Origin: Nitrosopumilus sp.
GTDB lineage: Archaea > Thermoproteota > Nitrososphaeria > Nitrososphaerales > Nitrosopumilaceae
Direction: 5' to 3'
DNA: 64,000 bases
Assembly: GCA_965214775.1 (NCBI GenBank)
Contig: OZ243974.1
Location: 2,656,001 to 2,720,000 of the forward strand
Of the stretch, positions 10,041 through 18,433 are shown in pieces. The position numbers were made by a program, and so were the translations under genes. How positions within the stretch are numbered: position 1 is the first letter of the stretch; every line of letters begins with the position of its first letter. The notes below the pieces were generated by a model. It was not told where the DNA came from. It made no database searches and worked only from the letters and a program-made list of their open reading frames with translations.

Positions 10041-10216
10041 TGTAAGAGACGTTATATCAAATCTTATCCGTAGCGGACGCCATATTATCCGTGTTGGGCC
10101 CAAGAGCCGAAGTAAACTTGCCACACATGAGGGCGCGTAAGAGACAGGCTCAGAGTAGACGGACGACGAAATGCCACATAATCGAGGGCGAATGGGAGTT
10201 TTCCGTTCAGTTGGGC
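10041..10216. ncRNA. candidate IS110 bridge-RNA-like non-coding end
   Basis: Closing stem GCCCAA/TTGGGC with two arms, each an outer stem, internal loop and TGCC..GGCG hairpin; adjacent to an IS110 fragment. Confidence 0.5.
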
Positions 10217-10317
10217 ACACACACTTTGATCGTAACCATATGTGTCTCAAAAACAAAATTCAGATGGTACCAAGATAAAAGGCAATGCAAACAGACAGAT
10301 TAGCGCAAAAAAAAGGA

Positions 10318-10506
10318 TATGTGTGAAATCAAAGGCGGAGCAGCAGTATGTCGGCCTGGACGTGCACAAGGAGTCCATCCAGGTCGCGGTGATGGACAAG
10401 GACGGCAAGGTCCTGGGGAATACAAAAATAAGCAACAGGAACAGCGAGATAAGAGAGATGTTTGCAAAGATTCCGGATAACACCAGGTGCGTCATGGAGT
10501 CCTCGT
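10318..10506 (+). pseudogene. IS110 family recombinase, N-terminal fragment
   Basis: YVGLDVHKESIQVAVMD..CVMESS is the start of a DEDD RuvC-like domain; similarity stops after MESS. Confidence 0.85.
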
Positions 10507-11234
10507 ATGCTAAAGAAATAGATGGCCTTCAGTCAGTGCATAGTGGACATGCGTGTGAAATGAACGTCATCATCATCATTATTATTGTCATTACAGTTAG
10601 AACTTTAATCTGCGTTGATGTAGTTGAGGGAGATCCTCGTTTAGTAACTGCAGAACGGTTCTGACAAATGGATGAAGAATGGTACTGAGGGAGATCCTCG
10701 TATAGATAAGTGTCCGACCTTCATTTTGTGATTGTCAGGAAGAGACCCCCAGCCAAAGCCATACTTCACAACACCGTTACGCGTGGAATCCTTATAAGCA
10801 CGACACATAGATACAACATCAGGTTCTTTTTATACTGACAAGCCAACTTTTCTGGGCAACATCTTATGATCAGATGCCACTGCAGACATGGCTGAGCATC
10901 AGATATTTGTGACCAGTCATTGCAGGATTGGAATTTGCTGGGGTGATCCATTATCGGCATCCTAGTCAAAGAATTTCGATGGAAATCTTTTTTGATCTTG
11001 CCTGTTTGATGTAACACATGGACTCCAAATCTACGCCTGCACACCATATGGATCCTGCAAAGGCATTTGTCATGATCAAGGAGCGGGATGAGAAGATCTC
11101 CGAGCTGGAAAAGGAGAACTCCGACATCAAAAAGGAGAACTCCGAGCTCCGGGCAAAGCTTGCCCTGTATGAGAGTCCCAACATGCCCACGTCCACGCCG
11201 TCATTGTACAATAACGCCAGAAGAAAGTTCAGGG

Positions 11235-11327
11235 GTATGAGGTCACGTCCCCTTACTGGCTAGGCATGGAAATCATAATTGTGTATACTAATTCGTGCCT
11301 GATTGGTGGGGATAGGTGACCACATAC
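11235..11327. mobile_element. MITE family E (IS66-type ends)
   Basis: GTATGAGGTCAC..GTGACCACATAC ends; 8-bp duplication GTTCAGGG. Confidence 0.85.
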
Positions 11328-11942
11328 GTTCAGGGAGAAAAGGGGCGAGGATCCCGGAGACAGTCCCGGTGATGCTGCTCGGGGCAAGAAACGCGGCCCT
11401 CCGTGCGGACACCATGGTACATCGCACGGCAACCGGCCATCCATGACATTAAGGTACGATCTTGATTTCAAAATATGCCCAAAGTGCAACATCCAGTTAC
11501 GGATGCTCAAGCCGATCCACAAGCTTGTAAACGACCTGGATGACTCCATGCGCATGCTCACTGCCAATGCCATCATCCAAAACGCGGTGTGTCCACAGTG
11601 CAATACCGTGCATGTAGCGGCCACCCCGTTTCTAAGCGGCACGTCACTTGGGCCCGTCTCACTCTCTCTAATCATGATGTTCTTTGAGAAGGGAAACACC
11701 GACGAGGGCATTGCAGAGTACTTTCAGTATATGTTTGGATTCAAGATGGCCCCAAATACCGTGACTGCCGCCCGGCACGCAGTGGCAGAGGCGATTCAAC
11801 AAAACATGATACAACGCATACAGACATTCATTGCGAGTCGGCCGTGGATACAGATGGACGAGACCGGCTTTAAGCGCGGCGACGGACACATGGGGTACGT
11901 CTGGGTGCTCAACTGTGAGGGGGCGTGCTTTGTGGTATTTGC

Positions 11943-12071
11943 GGGGTTGTCGCCTAATTCCACTTGTTTGACTCAACCTGCACGTTTTTCTGAATTTCCG
12001 CCCTTTTGCACGCCTGATCCACTGGCATCACAGCGGTTTTCAGGAATTCTGGCGAATTAGGCGACAACCCC
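11943..12071. mobile_element. MITE family F
   Basis: 18-bp inverted repeat GGGGTTGTCGCCTAATTC; 9-bp duplication GGTATTTGC. Confidence 0.9.
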
Positions 12072-12335
12072 GGTATTTGCAGATTCCCGGTCCTCTGAGG
12101 TACTGCACACGCACTTTGGATGGCTGGATCCCAGGACTCCCATAGTCATAGACGGGCTGGCCCAGTACAAGATGTTCTTTGAGATAATCCAGAGGTGCTG
12201 GAGGCACCTTCTGGCATATGCAGAAAAGCTTGCAGTAAAGATGCCCGAAGGCGATAACGAGAAAAGGTACGACTTGCTGCTGGAATTTTACAGGAAGGTA
12301 AAAAAGATCAAGACGCTTGCGCCGCTTACATACAT

Positions 12336-12458
12336 CAGTACTTCCTAGGTGTACTTTTACAGGCACAGTAATTACGTAATTTGGAGAAGATCTTATGCGT
12401 AAACGAAGTTAGCGGCTATGGCGTGCCGGGTCTGCAAAAGCACATCTAGGAAGTACTG
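12336..12458. mobile_element. MITE family D (ISH3-like CAGT ends)
   Basis: Inverted repeat CAGTACTTCCTAG; 4-bp duplication ACAT. Confidence 0.85.
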
Positions 12459-13315
12459 ACATGGAGCTTTCAAGGGAGGCATACAAAATAATCATTACAT
12501 ATGAGGACAATCACGTGCGCACACACATGCAAAACGCCATACCCAACATGTTTACGTGTCTGGCGCATCGGGAAATGCCACTGCACAACAACGGTACGGA
12601 GCGGTGCATACGCGACGGGATCATACCCCAGCGCAATGCGCGCCACAAGATCGTAACTGACGGTGGAAGAAAGACGGCTTCTGCGCTGCTGACATTTTCG
12701 ATGACATGCCGCAAGCAAAACATACATCCTGCCGGCGGACTCTTGGAATACCTGCGGAATCCGGGCTGGGATATCTTTGCAGAAGCAGGAGATGATAATG
12801 ATGATGCACGCCTGCTGTCCTCGCTTGTCAATACGGACGGTACCAGATACAGTGTCTTTGAGTGTCCCGGACCACCGCCGGCGTGGCCGCCTGTAGTCGC
12901 AGATGATGACGCAGGCAGAAGAGGAGGAGCGGTACGCCGGGACCGGACGGCCGTCGTACCAGTAGCAGCAGCTCCGATAGTAACAACATGATCCGTCTGG
13001 CGCCTACGGGACGGCATAACCCGCAGCTTCATATCCGAAGATCTGACCGTGTAGGCAAGTCTGCCAATTGACAACGCCTTGCAAGTGTAACAATTTCTGA
13101 CTGCATGGCAAGTGCCGTATGCCAATCTGTTGTATGCACGGCGTCAGTCAGTCTTGCATGTACAAAGGATGTGTCAGTAACAGTGTATCTAGTCTGTCAC
13201 AACAGATGATGCGAAATGATCAAAAAGTTCTTGGAAAAAAGTTGGCTTGTCAGTATAAAAAGGACCTGATGTTGTACTGTCCGTTTCTTTTGCCATGCCA
13301 TTGCGCCGGTTAGGC

Positions 13316-13373
13316 GATCCATATACTTTTCGAATGATCCCGTTTTGGCTCAAAGACTTCTGATCATTGCTAT
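13316..13373. mobile_element. solo IS630 end fragment
   Basis: Matches 14596-14654 (TATACTTTTCGAATGA..GGCTCAAAGACTT..TTGCTATA). Confidence 0.7.
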
Positions 13374-13546
13374 ACGCATAAGGTCTAGTATAGATTATCT
13401 GATTGTGTTTTGTAATTCAGGAAATATGTCGGCGTACATCATAGTGTATTTGTTACCATCTTCAGTTATTTCTGCCTCTTGAAAGTCATGTTGCAGATAG
13501 AACTCTTTTGCCTCTTTTGTAAATAATACAATGTATCTGCATCCTA

Positions 13547-14652
13547 TAGCAACGGTCACAAGTAATTGAGGGCTTTGACCGGCGATCTGTAAATGTACTT
13601 GTACATGCTAAGGTGGGCAAACGACACCGTCCTATAATATTCGGATATGGCATGTCGTAGCTCGCTGATTTTCCTGTACACTATCCCCCTGAAAACAAAA
13701 TGCTTGCCCAGGTTCCAGCATTCTTCCACGATATTGAGGTACGGCGATCCTTTCGGGAGCATTATCAGCCTGACGTCGGGATGGTCGGCCAGATATTTTG
13801 CGACATCAGTAGATCTGTGCACACTCCACCTGTCGCAAAAGACGGCAACCTTACCAAACTTGGCGCGCAGCGCCTCCAGACATTCTATGAACTGCACCGA
13901 CGTAAAGGATCCCGTAAACGTCCTGAACAGCCTTCTGCCGTCTTCTGCGATGCTTCCAAACACGGCCACCTTTGTGTGGTCTCCAGAGTACGATGCCACG
14001 CTTCTGGTGCCGACCGGACCCCACACGTATCTGTCATATGCGCCCTGCACGAAGAACGCCTCATCAGATGACACCAGCGTAAAACCGTCGTTTTTCAGGC
14101 ACGGAATACGCACGTTTTCAAGATACCACTGCCACGAGTATACCGAGCTTGGGGTGGCATGGTTGACATGTATGTTTTGCACCTTGCGGCGCGACAGGCC
14201 ATGCTGGCGCATCATTCTCCGGACATGCTCTATGCTGTATTCTGTCCCGGTGGCATCCCTTATGTCATCGCGTACCGTCATGACATCGGTACTTTTGCAT
14301 GCAGTAGACAGATCCATTATGGCTGCAATACTTTTCCTGTCCACCTTTGGCCTGCATCCGGAACGGGGAAGATCCCGGAGACCGTCTATGCCGCCCTCCG
14401 AAAACCTCGCCAGCCAGTTGCGCACGGAATTCTCACTGCACCGGATCTTTCTTGCAGTCTCGGGTACGCCCATGTCGTCTTCTAGCACAAACATCAGCGC
14501 CATGATCTTCTTGTAGACTTTGGCATCCTTTTCTTTGCGCATGGCCTCTGACAGGATGTCTGTTTCTTTTGCCATACATACTGCGCCAGTTACGTGATCA
14601 TTATACTTTTCGAATGACCTTGTTTTGGCTCAAAGACTTATGCTCGTTGCTA
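13547..14652 (-). mobile_element. IS630 family element, apparently intact
   Basis: TAGCAACG inverted ends with TA duplication; single transposase ORF. Confidence 0.92.
13556..14575 (-). CDS. IS630 family transposase
   Basis: HTH, SDEA, CDRWSVH and PKGSPYLNIVEECW motifs. Confidence 0.92.
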   Translation of the reverse strand: MAKETDILSEAMRKEKDAKVYKKIMALMFVLEDDMGVPETARKIRCSENSVRNWLARFSEGGIDGLRDLPRSGCRPKVDRKSIAAIMDLSTACKSTDVMTVRDDIRDATGTEYSIEHVRRMMRQHGLSRRKVQNIHVNHATPSSVYSWQWYLENVRIPCLKNDGFTLVSSDEAFFVQGAYDRYVWGPVGTRSVASYSGDHTKVAVFGSIAEDGRRLFRTFTGSFTSVQFIECLEALRAKFGKVAVFCDRWSVHRSTDVAKYLADHPDVRLIMLPKGSPYLNIVEECWNLGKHFVFRGIVYRKISELRHAISEYYRTVSFAHLSMYKYIYRSPVKALNYL

Positions 14653-14837
14653 TATCTGTTTGGCAATTTGTCTTGCCAATCCACTACACCACAATAAAAC
14701 ATATTCGCCAAAACCACACCTTCTTGATGGCTTATCTATGCAAAATTCTTGAATGATCATTGCTGGAAAAAATGAACCATCTCTGCTTCTGGGTCTTGCT
14801 TTTTTAAATATATGATTTTTGTGTATGCTTGATGTCG

Positions 14838-15989
14838 TGTGGGATCCAGAAAGTAGTTCGCCCCCCCTTATTTGACATCATACTCCTCTCCTGTCTGCCC
14901 GTCAATAACGGTTTCCCCCTCCTTGGGCATCTTTCTGAGAAATGCCTGCGCGGGCGTCTCCTGATTGTCCCAGTCCAGCGACCTGTGGGGCCTGTCATGA
15001 TTGTACCACTGCATGAACAGGTCTATCGGGTCGCTTTTTCTCATCATGATCTCCTCGAACTCGTGCAGCTTGCGCTGGATCTCCCCGTGGAGGCGCTCGA
15101 CCTTTCCGTTGGTCTGGGGTCGTCCCACGCCTGCCAGGATCTGCCGTATTCCCAGTTCTGTCAGTTTCTTTTCAAACTCGCCTTCGCCCCTCTTTTTTGC
15201 CGTCTCTTTCTCGTTGGCATAGAACTGGCTGCCGTGGTCTGTCATGATCGAGGCCGGCTTGCCGTGCTTTTCTATTGCCGTCTCAAGCACTGCCAGGGCG
15301 TTTTTGGTCGTGGCATTATCAAAGATGCCATATCCGGTCACAAACCTGGAGGCATCGTCCTCGTAGCACAGGAACCATCTGCCGTCGTGCATTCCGCCGT
15401 GGATCTGCTTCCAGTCTGTATGCCACAGCGAGTTTGAGTGATCGCGCTCGTAGCGGACCCACCTGTACCTTGTACCCTTGCTGGGCTGCGCCTCTGCCAT
15501 CTCCTCGTCCCTCAGTATCTTGTGTATGATGCCGTGCGGGATATGGATTCCGGTCTGATTCGCTATGCGCTGCTGCAGTCCTGCAGCCCCCATGTGCTCT
15601 GCATGTCTGGCAGACATGACTGCAGAGTGCTCCCTGCGTCCGGGCAGACCGTTCTGGGGCCTTCCCATTGGCGCAGGATGCGATATTTCGCTTGCCGCAG
15701 GGCAGCCTTTGTGCCTGGCCCACAGCTTCTGGACCCACCGTACTGTCACGTCCATGGTTCCGGCTATCTGGGCGTTGGTAAGCTCGCCCTTTTTCTTTTC
15801 TTTCACTATCCATTGTACTTGGCTTTTCTCTAGCTTCATGCCGTTTGGGTGCTCAAGACTCACGTATTTACGGAGCTTTCGTCGCCAGACCCACACACCT
15901 GTACTTCCAGTGTGGGTCAGGCTTGCACATCTGCTCCTGACCGACTTTACACACTCGGAGAAGGGGTGAACTACTTTTTGGACTATACA
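14838..15989 (-). mobile_element. IS481 family element
   Basis: TGT..ACA imperfect inverted repeats; duplication G(T)ATGCTTGATGTCG on both sides. Confidence 0.88.
14868..15839 (-). CDS. IS481 family transposase
   Basis: LWHTDWK, DDASRF, TDHGSQF and PQTNGKVER motifs; natural start is MKLEKSQ. Confidence 0.9.
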   Translation of the reverse strand: MKLEKSQVQWIVKEKKKGELTNAQIAGTMDVTVRWVQKLWARHKGCPAASEISHPAPMGRPQNGLPGRREHSAVMSARHAEHMGAAGLQQRIANQTGIHIPHGIIHKILRDEEMAEAQPSKGTRYRWVRYERDHSNSLWHTDWKQIHGGMHDGRWFLCYEDDASRFVTGYGIFDNATTKNALAVLETAIEKHGKPASIMTDHGSQFYANEKETAKKRGEGEFEKKLTELGIRQILAGVGRPQTNGKVERLHGEIQRKLHEFEEIMMRKSDPIDLFMQWYNHDRPHRSLDWDNQETPAQAFLRKMPKEGETVIDGQTGEEYDVK

Positions 15990-16255
15990 GATGCTTGATG
16001 TCGACAGCGTTATGTAACCAATTGGTTTTCTTTTGTACCTTATCACATATGTAGTACCGAGATGCTTTTCTTGCATGCCCACTGCATCCTTGTCTATGAA
16101 TCTTTGAAGTTTCTGAGTATCTTTGCCGTAGTCATCAGTACAATCCAGACATAGTTTATGTCTTTTCGAAAGTTGACTATAATACATCTCGTGTGGATCG
16201 ACTCTAAACCTAATACTTTCTGACAACATGTATCTTTAGAGAATTAGATCTCTAA

Positions 16256-16423
16256 TTATTTTTTTGCAGCTCGTTTTTTTGCTACTTTCTTACAGCGATC
16301 CTTGTAATATTCATCTGCTCTTTTGAAGAATTCAATCTCTTTTTTGGTAGCCTTGCGTCTCATATATTTGTCAAAGTTCTCGGCATTCTTGCCTTCCAGT
16401 ACGATTGGTTTGCTTGGAATCAT
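16256..16423 (-). CDS. putative antitoxin partner of the GNAT toxin (55 aa)
   Basis: MIPSKPIVLEGKNAENFDKYMRRK..; directly upstream of and co-directional with the GNAT gene. Confidence 0.6.
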   Translation of the reverse strand: MIPSKPIVLEGKNAENFDKYMRRKATKKEIEFFKRADEYYKDRCKKVAKKRAAKK

Positions 16424-16841
16424 TCTTGACTTTCTCCTCTCAGGGATAGAATGTTGGCAAAACTCCTTATTAACCTAGTCTTAGGATTCCTGCTCGGATT
16501 TCTAAGATTGGCTTTATTGACAAAAACCGATCTACTTTTCCCCATTGCAAGACATACAGTTGGGAATACTATAAGCATTACCTAAACTGCTTTTGAACAC
16601 TCTATTGTACGAAAATTAGGTTGCATTAATTTGAGGAGGATTGCAAGGGATTGCTTTGGGCTTTGCCGATCAAGGAAACCGACGGTTGTAAGGCCCAGCA
16701 TACTACAGATCAGATACGCAGTAACGCAGTGTGCCGGGGGCGAAGGCCCTTTGAGGTGACACCAGAGATAGGCGGCACGGCCTTCCTTCTCGCCTTTTGT
16801 TGCACGTGCATCATAATAGGTTAGCCCCTGCAGTCTCCCAG

Positions 16842-16978
16842 AGAGGTGATCCGAAATTAGAAACCGTGCGAATTTTTCAAGTAATTTCACAGATAATCTG
16901 TATTTTGTTGGTGTTTTGAGTCGTTTTATGCAAATTCGTTCACAAATAATCAGAGTCTGCTAATTTCGAATCAACTCT
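16842..16978. mobile_element. MITE family A, complete copy (137 bp)
   Basis: AGAGGTGATCCGAAATTAG / CTAATTTCGAATCAACTCT ends. Confidence 0.9.
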
Positions 16979-17079
16979 CGGAAGTACCGCATCAAATCAT
17001 CCCAGGCTCGAAACAACTCAAACGGACTGCCTGCAGATCCGCATGTCATCTACTGCACCACCACGAGTCGGTTACTTCT

Positions 17080-17250
17080 GGGAAGACTGCCCTCCCTAGT
17101 TGATTTTTTATGACCACCTGATCTCCCATATGAAATCGTACCTAATCCTACCGTGGACCCTTGCCAGCGTGATGTTCCGAATCAGGACGATGTTGCTATG
17201 CGATGCATCCTCTTATACTTTCTCTGCGTGAGAGCCTTGTTCTCATACGC
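17080..17250 (-). mobile_element. probable IS110 C-terminal remnant with downstream non-coding end
   Basis: AYENKALTQRKYKRMHRIATSS stop resembles archaeal IS110 C-termini (from memory). Confidence 0.4.
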
Positions 17251-17471
17251 TTGTATTTTGGCGGTATTTTGGTGGTTGTCACCTAATTCACCAAAATTCC
17301 TGAAAACCGTTGAGGTACCATATGATTCAGGCGTGTAAAAGGGCGGAAATTCAGAAAAACGTGCAGGTTGAACCAAATAAATGGAATTAGACGGCAATCC
17401 CGGTATTTTGAGGTTGTTTTGTACAAATTCGTCCACAAATAATCCGAATCTGCTAATTTCGGATCAACTCT
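17251..17471. mobile_element. MITE family A right half carrying a nested family F MITE
   Basis: Resumes at TGTATTTTG and ends CTAATTTCGGATCAACTCT. Confidence 0.75.
17272..17401. mobile_element. MITE family F, inverted diverged copy
   Basis: Reverse complement of 11943-12071; 9-bp duplication GGTATTTTG. Confidence 0.85.
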
Positions 17472-18433
17472 CAGAGGCCAGAAGATTTAGGAATGCGGCA
17501 ATCTTTCATTATTTGTGGATAGTTCAATCTTAGATTATGCCGAGAAGGCAGTGCGGTTTGCCCAAGATTTAGGAGCACAGTATTGTGATGCCAGAGCAGA
17601 AGAGCAGACTCTAAAATCAGTCTTAATTGAGAACCAGTCAGTCGAGCATACGCGGGAATCAAATGACGTCGGATTGGGGATCAGACTGATCAAGAACGGG
17701 GCATGGGCATTTTGTTCCATTACAAATCCAGAATCATGGAACCGTGTAAAAGGCAAAGTTTCCGAAACTGCAAAAAATGCACAGCATTACGGAGAAGGCA
17801 AACAGAACAAGATCTCACTTGCTCCAAATGATTCAAGGGAAATTACAGTTGACTATCCGGTAATCAATGATCCACAACTAGAAGAGATTACAGAACTGGG
17901 ACTCGAGTGCAGCAAGATTATTTCCGGCACCCCAAGAATAATCAGATCAATCGTTCATCCCTGGTTTGTAAAAAATTCAAAATACTTTGCAAGCACCGAA
18001 GGGGCAAAAATTTTGCAAAACTTTACAGATGTTGTAACTGACATGAATGCAGTTTCTCATGAATCAGGACTGACACAGTCAGTAAACATCACTGAAGGCG
18101 GAAGAGGAGGAACAGAGCAAATCACGCAAAACAACAAGATTCAAAATGCCGCAAAAGAGATTTCCCAGAGGGCATCACAGTTAATTGATGCAAGGCCTCT
18201 CAAAGGAGAAGGGGGAGGGGAAGGGGAAAAAACCACCGTAGTGATGAATCCGGATTTTGTCGCACTGCTGACACACGAGATTTTGGGCCATCCATCCGAG
18301 GCTGACAGGGTACTGGGAAAAGAGATGGCATGGGCAGGCGGTGCCTGGTGGAAAGGAAAAATAGGGGACAGGATAGGCTCCGAGCACCTTACAGTTTTTG
18401 ACGATCCTACAATCGAGGGGAGTCTTGGGCAGT

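Larger units (their letters stand above)
11018..12991 (+). pseudogene. IS66-type (TnpC-like) transposase
   Basis: Coiled coil, KRGPPCGHHG, CxxC pairs, MDETG, QRCWRH and NNGTERCIR; the frame is continuous once MITEs and their duplications are removed. Confidence 0.85.
10811..13277 (+). mobile_element. IS66-like element with transposase broken by three MITEs
   Basis: About 40-bp terminal inverted repeat TACAACATCAGGT(T/C)CTTTTTATACTGACAAGCCAACTTTT at both ends; no target duplication seen. Confidence 0.75.
13395..16229 (-). pseudogene. GNAT acetyltransferase toxin (AtaT/TacT-like), split by IS481 and IS630
   Basis: Three pieces join in frame: ..IGYITLSTSSI / HKNHIF..PAMIIQEFCIDKPSRRCGFGEYVL..AKQI / GCRYIVLFTKEAKEFY..IR stop. 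Confidence 0.8.

Noticed and set aside
10507-10664. Poly-Ile tail on the IS110 ORF as a membrane anchor
   Set aside because: Read-through into an ATC/ATT microsatellite after the truncation point.
16582-16890. Recurring MKLLEKF..LISDHL ORFs (also near 54624-54992)
   Set aside because: These are translations of MITE-A sequence, not a gene family.
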